Below, in pieces: positions 20,478-29,327 of a stretch of DNA of 64,000 bases. The stretch's first letter is position 1. Every line of letters begins with the position of its first letter. Position numbers and translations under genes: made by a program. This stretch comes from Nitrosopumilaceae archaeon. GTDB lineage: Archaea; Thermoproteota; Nitrososphaeria; Nitrososphaerales; Nitrosopumilaceae. The stretch is taken from assembly GCA_965208905.1 (NCBI GenBank), contig OZ242365.1, positions 1,248,001 to 1,312,000 on the forward strand, in the 5' to 3' direction. The notes under the pieces are model-generated. The model made no database searches and was not told where the DNA came from. It saw only the letters and a program-made list of their open reading frames with translations.

Positions 20478-21778
20478 GGCATCATCCCTCCCATTACGAC
20501 TTTAAGCTGTATGAACGTGAGTGTTCTCATTCTAGCGGGGTCCCCACCAGAAAATGTCGTAAAACTAGGTGTACAAGACGGTTTAAACCAATGGAGTAAA
20601 ATCAATGACATTAAATTCACATACACGAAGAACAAACTAGACGCTGACATCATTGTACAACAACAAATAGGAGATGCAACATCTTTTGGTAATGCAATAT
20701 CTGGGTGCCTATTCGAACAACAACAATGCACTATTCAATTATTCAGTGATGTGAATGTTGAGAACAAACAGACACTTGTAAACCGTAAATCAATAGAATT
20801 TACAATAGCCCACGAATTTGGACATCTTATAGGACTGCCACACCATATAGACCCTGGACATGTCATGAGGACTACACATGCTGACAATGTCAGAACATAT
20901 TATGAAGCCAGAGGTGTCAATGTACCAGAGTTATACGAGCCAAGAAACTATGAACGTGTATTAGCTAATAACCCACCAGACACAAGAACATCAAACTCAG
21001 AACCCGGTACATCGGACACACAAACACCAACTGCCATAGGCAGTTCACAGACCTTACACACCCTGAAAATACATTGGCTGGGTATCAAACAGTCACATAC
21101 CGAATTAACTGCAGGGGATATAGAAATAGTAAAACTGTACGCCGTATCACTTGTAAATGATATAATAGACACAATATGGAATCTACCATCAACGGCACAA
21201 ACTAAAATTGGTGGGCTAACAACAATGATAGACGGACTCACAACAATACATGAAACAGTGAAGACAATTTCAGGTCCCATTACCACCACAACCCCTGATA
21301 CTGTTATCGTACTACATCAGGAAGGATCATCTGTACCTGGTTGTGAAAATTTCGATAACTGTCTTGTACCCAGTACAGTTACCATAAATGCAGGCGGAAC
21401 CGTAGTTTGGAAGAATGTTGATAACGCAGCCCACACTGTCACCAGTGGTGTATTATTTGATGGTGGTCCAGATGGTCTATTTGATAGTGGTCTGTTTGTT
21501 CCAGACACCGAATTCTCTCTCATATTTAACACACCAGGCGAATATCCATACTTCTGTCTTGTCCATCCTTGGAAATCAGGTATGGTGATTGTACTAGACT
21601 AAATTTCATACAACGTATAATACTGTTCAAGATGAGGCTAAGGTAGGTTAGAGAGGTAGATCAGTGTTAGGTATCTTAATGCCTCTGGATGCCATGGCAG
21701 CCTTAGCACACATGTGCCATACATCTAAGTCGAGAACCCCCCGCATGGTTAAAAACAACTAACAACACACAAACTACA

Positions 21779-22114
21779 ATGATAACACAATCAGCAATAT
21801 TAGCCATAACAGGTTTAGTACTATTTGGTATAACCAACGCATATGCAGATCACGGATGGTACGTATCTGCTGAAAGTGAAGTGTTCGAGAATCACTTTTC
21901 AGGTGCTCAGATTATTGAAGTCATAATTCACGGAGGTTCATTAAACACACCTATTGTAACTGTGGACGATAATCCGCTTCCAATGTTTCAAGGACAAAGT
22001 GGTAACTGGTACGGTTACTTTGTAGAGAAAGATAAGGCAAGTGAGGCACAAGACCTAGGTCTGTTTGACTTTGGTATGAAGGCCGAGTTAAATACTTATG
22101 AGTGTCCTACAATT
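21779..22114 (+). pseudogene. 5' fragment of a secreted thaumarchaeal surface protein, truncated by end copy L4
   Basis: Signal peptide, then VSAESEVFENHFSGAQIIEVII...MFQGQSGNWYGYF; the reading frame runs into the TIR at 22115. Confidence 0.65.
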
Positions 22115-22256
22115 TGGACTGTCCCATTAATGGCGCCTGTCCCAAAGTGGCGCCTAGAGTGGAAACGGTGGTCTAGTGAGATCAGGAGTGCGGAGTAGAA
22201 ACGAGGTCAAAATTCTGGAGTGGAAATAGTGGTCGTAGACCTATATTTCTAGTCCA
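22115..22256 (+). repeat. Internal left-end copy L4 with motif module
   Basis: 40/41 to TIR (TGGACT start); motifs at 22156, 22192, 22217; GACCTATATTTCTA follows. Confidence 0.92.
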
Positions 22257-22333
22257 GGTGTAGATTGCTCTCTACAACCATGAGGTAACGGCGCGTTGTT
22301 CGATTTATATATCACACACACATCAAGGCTCAC

Positions 22334-22846
22334 ATGAAATTTGAGGAGTTGGATGCCGAAACCAGAAAGTGGATGCTGATCGAATTTGAAGCCGAAGAGA
22401 GTAGTAAGCCCTTCCGTCCCCGCACCCTAGATCACACAGGTCTAGCGAAGTTTGCGGAGATCATGAGGAAGGCGATTCAGACTGGAGACATACAGAGTCT
22501 AGAGGGCGATTTGTCACCATATGTAGTGCACTCCCCTGTTAACGCCGCCCACCGATTAGCCCACTCCGAGTTCACCACTTGGTACACAAGAGGGTTCGCA
22601 AGGCGGCTTATAGCGGAAGGTGTTGAACAATGTGAGGTTTACCGGGGAGAGGGGGCGCGGCAGCCTAGATGTGCCTGCTCACGTCTTGAAGGTAGTGTAG
22701 TGAGTGTAAAGGCTGTCTATGCCGGGCACCGGGTACCGTACCATCACAATGAGTGCAAGACGTCTAACTATGACGGTCCGCCAATCACAATCCCCAATGG
22801 TCCGCTATGCCATCACACAATTAGGCGCGCTCATAAATGCGAGTAG
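22334..22846 (+). CDS. Hypothetical protein, Cys/His-rich C-terminus
   Basis: 170 aa; TTTATATA ~24 nt upstream; EFTTWYTRG, CACS, IPNGPLCHHTI. Confidence 0.7.
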   Translation: MKFEELDAETRKWMLIEFEAEESSKPFRPRTLDHTGLAKFAEIMRKAIQTGDIQSLEGDLSPYVVHSPVNAAHRLAHSEFTTWYTRGFARRLIAEGVEQCEVYRGEGARQPRCACSRLEGSVVSVKAVYAGHRVPYHHNECKTSNYDGPPITIPNGPLCHHTIRRAHKCE

Positions 22847-22922
22847 ATGCATGGGCTGTAACAACTTTGCATGCTGAGACCTAGTGTAACATCTGCGTGC
22901 TGAGTGGCCGGAGTCAGATCTT

Positions 22923-23246
22923 CTATCTAATTCTACCAAACTTGACCGGTTTGAAGCCCTTACTACCACAACTTCGCCGTTTGTTTTTTGATCTCCTAAA
23001 CGGTGGTGATATGTCTATCCACCGCACAGCCGGTCTTGTGTGGTATATCACGCGTGGTTTGGTTATCTGGGCCTCTACTTCATCCATACGCTGGAGCAGC
23101 TCCATGTCTATCTCGCCACCCTCGCTGACCGCAGCAACCACCTTGTCTAGCAGGTTGCGGGTGTTTTTCAACTCCTGTTCCATCTTGGTGATTTGTTCGG
23201 TGAATTGTTCTAGTCTTGTCTCAATACCTACATCATCATTTGACAT
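22923..23246 (-). CDS. Hypothetical coiled-coil protein
   Basis: Heptad-like N-terminus; TTTAAAA box about 22 nt upstream on the minus strand. Confidence 0.5.
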   Translation of the reverse strand: MSNDDVGIETRLEQFTEQITKMEQELKNTRNLLDKVVAAVSEGGEIDMELLQRMDEVEAQITKPRVIYHTRPAVRWIDISPPFRRSKNKRRSCGSKGFKPVKFGRIR

Positions 23247-23383
23247 GCTAGCTCAACGGGCGTGACCATTTTAAAGATTGAGGTTTGATGAAGATTCCCA
23301 CCACACAAACTTTCTACCGGATCCCATCACACAGTAAGTTTCCAGTTCTTCCCCATTTCTTCATTTTTTAGAATTCATTCGGC

Positions 23384-23480
23384 TGAACTGTCCCATCTAC
23401 AGCGCGTATCCCAAAACAGCGTGTGGAGTGGAAATATGGGGTAGAACTGATCAACCATCGATCAGGTGTGCGGAGTTAGG
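23384..23480 (+). repeat. Internal left-end variant L5
   Basis: TGAACTGTCCCATCTACAGCGCGTATCCCAAAACAGCGTGT (30/41), then GGAGTGGAAA at 23425 and CGATCAGGTGTGCGGAGT. Confidence 0.85.
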
Positions 23481-23598
23481 GTTGAACTGGGAATATACGT
23501 CAAGCCGGTGTCGGGTCACTTTTTGTCGAAGTCAACTCCTGACACCACCAGAGTTTCAATTCAGAAGTTTTATTAAACCCACTACCTTATTATACATA

Positions 23599-23648
23599 CG
23601 GATCCCGTCAGCCGTTGCTGGCTACGAAATCTAGAATTTCAGGGACCG
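23599..23648 (-). ncRNA. Candidate DUF3800-associated structured RNA (three-way junction)
   Basis: CGGTCCC/GGGATCCG outer stem, GAAAT/ATTTC hairpin, GTAGCC-AGCAAC-GGCTGAC hairpin; starts 6 nt after the DUF3800 stop. Confidence 0.55.
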
Positions 23649-23654
23649 ACATTC

Positions 23655-24410
23655 TTATCTAACCACGTACCCAGTGGAATAGAAGCTTCCATCCAGCCGA
23701 AAGTACTTTGATTTGATTGACTTCCATCGATTCTGCTTCTCATTGTTGGATACTGCCTTGATTTGAACCGCATAGGCAAAAAAGTCCGCAAGTTGCAAGA
23801 TTGGGTGGTCGGCTGGTTCACCACTTTTGATGTTACCGAGTATGTTGTTCAATTCAACATGATGTCTTCTCGACAATGCCCATCTCAACATCCTCATTCC
23901 CCTTTGAACTCTGGCACGATCAGCATGAGTGAACCGTTCATAGATGACAGAGCCGGTTGATTTTTCATCAACCAAAAAGTCTTGGAATCTCTCCAACATC
24001 ATCAACATGGTGTATTCTTTGGGGTGTGCAGGTTCTATGTACTGTTTATAGTGGGCATCCAAGTCCAGCGTGACTGACAGGAGTGTGCAAGGCGACTGAA
24101 TGATTATGTTGAATATGTCATCGGCTAGGCGGAGTCTACTTTCACCACTTATTATACTGTATTGTGATGCTCCTTGGATGAGGTCATGATAGTGGAGTTT
24201 GAAATCTGGAGCCAATACCTTCGGTTTCAGGTATTTCTTTATCACTGACTGTATCTGCTTCTCCACCTCACCCACATCCGCATCAGGCACTATGATTCCG
24301 GCCAAGGTAAAGAATGCGGAACTGTTTTTGTATTTGGGTCGGTCTTTGACATAAGGTCCTGGATCTCCAGACTCGTCAATGTACAGAGAGTGTGTCATAT
24401 ACCCGCGCAT
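23655..24410 (-). CDS. DUF3800-domain protein
   Basis: N-terminal LYIDESG and C-terminal ILQLADFFAYA signatures. Confidence 0.85.
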   Translation of the reverse strand: MRGYMTHSLYIDESGDPGPYVKDRPKYKNSSAFFTLAGIIVPDADVGEVEKQIQSVIKKYLKPKVLAPDFKLHYHDLIQGASQYSIISGESRLRLADDIFNIIIQSPCTLLSVTLDLDAHYKQYIEPAHPKEYTMLMMLERFQDFLVDEKSTGSVIYERFTHADRARVQRGMRMLRWALSRRHHVELNNILGNIKSGEPADHPILQLADFFAYAVQIKAVSNNEKQNRWKSIKSKYFRLDGSFYSTGYVVR

Positions 24411-24632
24411 TAACCTGCTTTCTATATAGTGTTTATGATGTATGAGTTTTCCCGTAATGGATTTAGGGTGGAAACATAGGCGATACGAGTGGGGCAGAAA
24501 TAATAGTCAGGTGAAACACATGCCTAAACGTCATTCTGAGGTAAGCGCCATATTTGTGGGACGGTTCATCAAAAGTGAACAGTTGCAAGTCTTTAGCGAG
24601 GACATCAAGCTCCGCAAAACTCAGTGCGTTCT

Positions 24633-26240
24633 TTACATCCACATGATGGTGCAGTCAAGAGATTCAGAGATGAGTTGTACAGTTATAGCCATGCGTTCGT
24701 TGTTCTTGCACCCCACAAGTGCATTTGGAGGCATCACCTGCATAACACAGATGTTGTCTTTCAAGTCCACCCCGTCCATGCTTTGCCATACGAGTTCGTT
24801 ATACGGGCGTTGCGCAATCACAAAATTCCGCCCGGTTGGGGGAAGTTGTTTTATCTTGCCGTTGAGCCATTTTAGGGCATGCTTCCATTCAAAAACACCA
24901 TCCTCGTCCCCACATCGTCCTAGATTGTTTATGTTGAATCGCTCACCCCATTGTAGTGATTTCTGTATATTATAGGACATTTCCGTCATGCCGTCCCACG
25001 CCTCAATGTGGATATCCTTCCCATACTCGTCCTCCAATAAGATATCTACCGTTTTGTCAGATACCTTTCGTTCCACCCCTACCGATTTGAACATGCCGGA
25101 CTCATAAAACAACTTGGCCAACTTCGTGTGCCAAACATTCCCCTCTTTCCGCCGTTTCCAATCCCTAACCGTGTGCAACTTGTGCACCAGTATACACTTT
25201 CCTACTATCTTGGTATTTGGATCCTCAAGCCATGCTTCTAAGCCATCTCTCTCCTTTTTCTCGGCGGCTGTCTCAATAAACCCTATCTTGAATGTGTTAT
25301 TGCCACGCCTCCAAAACATATGATGGATCTTGGCATGAATACGAGCGATGTAGAGGTCCAACCAAGCATCCACCAAACTGATAGCATTCGCACGCTTTTG
25401 ATCAGACACCACGCTTGCATGTTCAAGATCCAACCAAGCATCCACCAAATCGGCAGTTTTTTGTTTGACTTTACTCGCCTCGTCTAGTTTGGACTGCCAG
25501 TGGTCGATGCCGAATGGACCCTCACCCATTACAAACATCATGTTGGCAAGAAGTTTTAACGCTACATCTGTTTTTTGCTTCTCACAGAGGAACATCCATT
25601 GCAGCGCCACCGGTAGGTCGTTGGGCAATACGGCAGCCACGCGCGGCGCTAAAAACCTTGGCTCTCTCGTCTTCACCAACTCATGTATGTGCCGTACACC
25701 CTCGGCGTCGAAGTGATCTCTGCATTTCCGCAACCCAAATAATATCGCCGTAAGATCTTTTGCACCTGCCTGTTTGATGGCCAAAACCAGCGCTCCCCAC
25801 ACTTTTGCTTGATTGGTCTCCATCATCTTGCCAAATACATCTTGTAGACAAGTGGTACTAGCAGCTTTCAGAATAAGAGTACAGCCTTGTTGTACCGAAA
25901 TTTTATGCTCACTGAGATATAGTTGTACTACCTCTACCCACAACCCGTCGTCCGATCGGATCGGCGTTTCTGACAGCGCTTTGATTAATCTTACTGGTGG
26001 TTTGTCTTTCCTATACCGCTCATAACACAGTTCTAACGCATCCTCCACCATGTCATATCCGCCTTTTTGAGCCTCCCTTATTTTTTCCACAAACTCGTCT
26101 GGTGGGATATCTCTGTACTCTCCTGTCTGGTTCCACCGTTTCAACATGGATTTCAAGTCTTTCATTTCACCACCTAGCTTAGCATCAAATATTAACATTC
26201 GATGTATTTGAAATAAAACCACATTGAGACTCAGGGTCAT
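24633..26240 (-). CDS. Hypothetical protein, helical N-terminus and possible C-terminal PD-(D/E)XK-like nuclease
   Basis: 535-aa ORF; VERKVSDKTVDILLEDEYGKDIHIEAW pattern; start uncertain. Confidence 0.55.
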   Translation of the reverse strand: MTLSLNVVLFQIHRMLIFDAKLGGEMKDLKSMLKRWNQTGEYRDIPPDEFVEKIREAQKGGYDMVEDALELCYERYRKDKPPVRLIKALSETPIRSDDGLWVEVVQLYLSEHKISVQQGCTLILKAASTTCLQDVFGKMMETNQAKVWGALVLAIKQAGAKDLTAILFGLRKCRDHFDAEGVRHIHELVKTREPRFLAPRVAAVLPNDLPVALQWMFLCEKQKTDVALKLLANMMFVMGEGPFGIDHWQSKLDEASKVKQKTADLVDAWLDLEHASVVSDQKRANAISLVDAWLDLYIARIHAKIHHMFWRRGNNTFKIGFIETAAEKKERDGLEAWLEDPNTKIVGKCILVHKLHTVRDWKRRKEGNVWHTKLAKLFYESGMFKSVGVERKVSDKTVDILLEDEYGKDIHIEAWDGMTEMSYNIQKSLQWGERFNINNLGRCGDEDGVFEWKHALKWLNGKIKQLPPTGRNFVIAQRPYNELVWQSMDGVDLKDNICVMQVMPPNALVGCKNNERMAITVQLISESLDCTIMWM

Positions 26241-26424
26241 ATTTTTGGAGAGTCATAGTTCTTGACTCCTTGGAAACCTCAATACCATCAAGCCTTAGTC
26301 ACTTTTTTGAGGTCATCATATCTCACACCTCCAACCACTTTTTTTGACCCTTACTTCTCATCTCCCATCTCAACACCACTGCAACCCATTAACACCCATA
26401 TGTCCCCCACCGATTTAGGTACTT

Positions 26425-26943
26425 GTGATTGAATCCTGGGGGCCTGTGATCGGGGCTGGCATCATTGTAGTGGGAGCGGTGGCGATGCAGTTGTTTATCT
26501 ATCGTCGTACCATCAGTGAACGCCGTAAGGAACGGGAGCGCGGGCGGGTAAATGCCGTCAAGGACCTGTATTGGGGGCTACGCGCAATATATTCCCAGAG
26601 GGTGTTCACCAGTCATAAAGGCATTAAGATAGACCCGTTCTACAATTTTCTGATATACCCAGAAGACATTGACTGGCTACGGCAACACTTCCACAAGAAC
26701 GGCCACCTTCTCTCTGCCGAAATACATGAAGCATACCATGCTGAAATATCAAACACACAAACCCGACCAAGATTGCTGAACCCAGACAATATTCCCCCTG
26801 ACATTAGGAAGTTTGTTTTGTCCGGCCCGGTTTCTGGCGGCAACCTACCACTACTCTTTCTGACTACCAAGAAAGATCTATTCTCTCTAGACTCAGACAC
26901 GAAGCTACCAAACGATGCGGTACTTATCCCGAAAGACCAATGA
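26425..26943 (+). CDS. Hypothetical membrane-anchored protein (paralog of 10836..11552)
   Basis: N-terminal TM, basic coil, WLRxHF..G.LL motif. Confidence 0.6.
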   Translation: MIESWGPVIGAGIIVVGAVAMQLFIYRRTISERRKERERGRVNAVKDLYWGLRAIYSQRVFTSHKGIKIDPFYNFLIYPEDIDWLRQHFHKNGHLLSAEIHEAYHAEISNTQTRPRLLNPDNIPPDIRKFVLSGPVSGGNLPLLFLTTKKDLFSLDSDTKLPNDAVLIPKDQ

Positions 26944-27097
26944 TGCCATGAACCTTCTGCATTCTGCTAGGTAATCTCGGCCTCTGTTTCTCACGACGAG
27001 AGCAGGTGTTGTGAGAAGATCCCTACCTGACATACTGGCGGATGTTCTATCAGGGTCATGTCCGGGATCATCCCCAGAAAACTCCAGCCCATTAGGC

Positions 27098-27340
27098 CTA
27101 AGAGTCACCACTTGGTATCTGAGTCTTTATGTTGCTCCCAAACAAATAACCGCCGATTGCGCTCATCATGGAGAGTAGTATATGACTAAAAATCAGATAG
27201 TCCGACGACACGATGCCGGCTGCCTGCAAGCACACCATCACGAAGGAACCTGCTATGATGATACCTATGAGACGCATGAAAAATTTCTGCATCGGAGTTA
27301 TTCGTTGCTCTCGTATTCTGCGAACCAAAGTCAACCCCAC
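27098..27340 (-). CDS. Small two-TM membrane protein
   Basis: Two hydrophobic helices ending AIGGYLFG; overlaps the upstream mini-gene. Confidence 0.55.
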   Translation of the reverse strand: MGLTLVRRIREQRITPMQKFFMRLIGIIIAGSFVMVCLQAAGIVSSDYLIFSHILLSMMSAIGGYLFGSNIKTQIPSGDS

Positions 27341-27495
27341 GATATTGGTCCTCTACATCTGGGGCAGGGGTTGGTCCCCTTCTTCACCACTAGATTACAG
27401 TATGGACAACGATAAATTTTGGTCTTGGAGTCAGTTATGGCCTTCGCCAACGCGATACCCAGTATAATCGCACCTGCTACCGCAACCCATGCCAC
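27331..27495 (-). CDS. 54-aa TM plus zinc-ribbon mini-protein (not in ORF track)
   Basis: MAWVAVAGAIILGIALAKAITDSKTKIYRCPYCNLVVKKGTNPCPRCRGPISWG; TTAAATA ~22 nt before GTG. Confidence 0.7.
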   Translation of the reverse strand: MAWVAVAGAIILGIALAKAITDSKTKIYRCPYCNLVVKKGTNPCPRCRGPISWG

Positions 27496-27647
27496 GGAAC
27501 CTGTCTTACGGAGAACTATTTAACTTCTTGCGTGCACAGGTTCTGGGAAATCTGCGTGTGATGGGTGAGCCTGGGAAATGCGTGTGATGAGGTCAAGAGT
27601 GGATCTCCTCAAGAACGTTCGTTGACCGACTGGGGAGCTGTCAAAAG

Positions 27648-27715
27648 GAGCTGGGAAGAAATGCTGACCTGTAGAAAAGTGGAAAAGATCTGACCTAGAG
27701 TGGAAACGTAGGTTA
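27648..27715 (+). repeat. TIR-less internal site (B-arm plus motif)
   Basis: GAGCTGGGAAGAAATGCTGACCTGTAGAAAAGTGGAAAAGATCTGACCT then AGAGTGGAAACGTAGGT. Confidence 0.75.
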
Positions 27716-27804
27716 CACCAAGCCGGTCAGAGTAGGCATAGTGAAGCGGTCCCGCGTGAGGGACGGATGTCGTCAAAGTGGATGGTACATAATGAGATGA
27801 GCAG

Positions 27805-29124
27805 CTACGGGGAGTTGTCTGCCGGTACCAGAAATCCAGATTCCCAAGAAACACCATCATCCTCATAATTCTTTGAAAATATCACAATGGGTATATCATC
27901 ATTAGGTCGTTCCTCCCGTATCTTGACTTGCTCTTTTTTTATCGCCGCGCGTTGGTCTGCCTTGGTTGAGTTGTGGTTGACGATGACGGTTATCCAGATT
28001 GTGTTTGCTCTCAGGCGGTATTCTGTACTGCGACCGGTTGTTTGCAACCAGCGGAAGGCTCCCCAGGCATCCCCCTCAAATGCAGTAGCCTCTTCCTCTG
28101 ATAGATCCGCAAGAGCTTCAAATATTTTTTTGGACGTCAGGATATTGGTCACTGTCTCCGCCCGGGTGTCGGCCACTTGATTCTCGATGACATCAACCAG
28201 TTCGACTACAGATGGTGGCATACCGGCCATCCTTTGCCTGTATCTCGAAATCATCTGGCCCATCTCAATTTGGATGGAGTCTGATTCAAGAACCCTCTTG
28301 CGGTCCTTTTGGACTGCTTTTTGAAACCTTCTCTCCCGTGCCGGTGAGGGCCGGAGTGAATATGGAAATGTAATCTCAACACGACTCTGTAGGAGCCCCC
28401 AGAAGTCGCCGTCGTCGATTGTGTGCGGACTTGCAATAGCCCCGCTCTTGTTGATACGCGTTCCCGTCCAGCCCTTCAGGACATGGGGGTGAACGGTTGT
28501 GACGAAAACCATGTCTGCAAGCTTGGCATATGTGTATATTCTAGTGTTGCTAGTGACCATCGTACCATCGGTGGCGCGACGCATGTACCAGTTGGTCTTT
28601 TCATGTATGCCGTCTGTAATATCCATACTTCCCAAGATGAGAAGGTGGCTCTCATAGGGATGTACGGCCTGCCTATTATCCAACAAGAACTCCCGCCATG
28701 TTGCTTCCGCCGACTCTATCTGCGGACCAAATTTAGGGTGGTTTGATTTGAATGCTTCATATTCCATCCTCAAGACTCTCCAACCCAGTGATATGGCAAA
28801 CCGCTCCAACCAACTGCCGTATTCAAGGCGGCTGTTACTGCCATTGTGGAATGGATAGAATATCTTGTCCGCGAATAATGTCTCAAGACTGGAAAATCGT
28901 TGCTCACAACTACTACACAGCATACGATATCTAAGAAGATCCTGAGCATGTTCTGCATTGTTACCGTCAACTCGTGCAAGGGTTTTGGTCGCGGATGTGT
29001 CCTTAAGCCACTTGCCTACGAATTTGGGTATTATGTGGCTTGCCTGAAGATCGCCGCTGCGTCCGCACAGAGCACATGTTTCGATGCTACGGTCCTGTGC
29101 ATCCTTGGAGATCACGTCTACCAA
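27805..29124 (-). CDS. HNH-like Zn-binding domain protein
   Basis: CALC...SHIIPKF...LCSSCEQRFS N-terminal pattern. Confidence 0.65.
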   Translation of the reverse strand: MVDVISKDAQDRSIETCALCGRSGDLQASHIIPKFVGKWLKDTSATKTLARVDGNNAEHAQDLLRYRMLCSSCEQRFSSLETLFADKIFYPFHNGSNSRLEYGSWLERFAISLGWRVLRMEYEAFKSNHPKFGPQIESAEATWREFLLDNRQAVHPYESHLLILGSMDITDGIHEKTNWYMRRATDGTMVTSNTRIYTYAKLADMVFVTTVHPHVLKGWTGTRINKSGAIASPHTIDDGDFWGLLQSRVEITFPYSLRPSPARERRFQKAVQKDRKRVLESDSIQIEMGQMISRYRQRMAGMPPSVVELVDVIENQVADTRAETVTNILTSKKIFEALADLSEEEATAFEGDAWGAFRWLQTTGRSTEYRLRANTIWITVIVNHNSTKADQRAAIKKEQVKIREERPNDDIPIVIFSKNYEDDGVSWESGFLVPADNSP

Positions 29125-29160
29125 TGGCCTTCACCACTTATATTATACGCGGTTAGGTGG

Positions 29161-29295
29161 GAGTGGGAAAACACGGTGACCTCGTGAAATTTGTGACCCG
29201 GAGTGGAAATGGAGGTTTGCAGAATGTACTGCGTGGAGTGGAAATGAGGTCTAGTATGATGAAGTGGAAATACAGTAGATGACCTATGTTTCCGG
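29161..29295 (+). repeat. TIR-less internal site with full three-motif module
   Basis: Short B-arm ending TGACCC; motifs at 29200, 29235, 29261; GACCTATGTTTCC follows. Confidence 0.85.
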
Positions 29296-29327
29296 TCCGC
29301 AGACAGTCCGGATGGATGCCCTGGCCG

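Larger units (their letters stand above)
19303..20549 (-). mobile_element. IS3-family insertion sequence (1247 bp)
   Basis: Imperfect IRs TGGAGTGGACCCCATAGAATG / TGGTGGGGACCCCGCTAGAATG (5'-TG..CA-3'); orfA and orfB overlap; flanks GAT/GAA, so no perfect TSD. Confidence 0.88.
19150..21602 (+). pseudogene. Secreted matrixin-type metalloprotease plus cupredoxin domain, split by IS3
   Basis: GTG 19150 (TTATAAA at 19121) begins a signal peptide; ...RYTGID (to 19302) joins in frame to ENVVKLG (20550); HEFGHLIGLPH zincin motif; HTVTSG and YFCLVHPW cupredoxin motifs. Confidence 0.8.
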
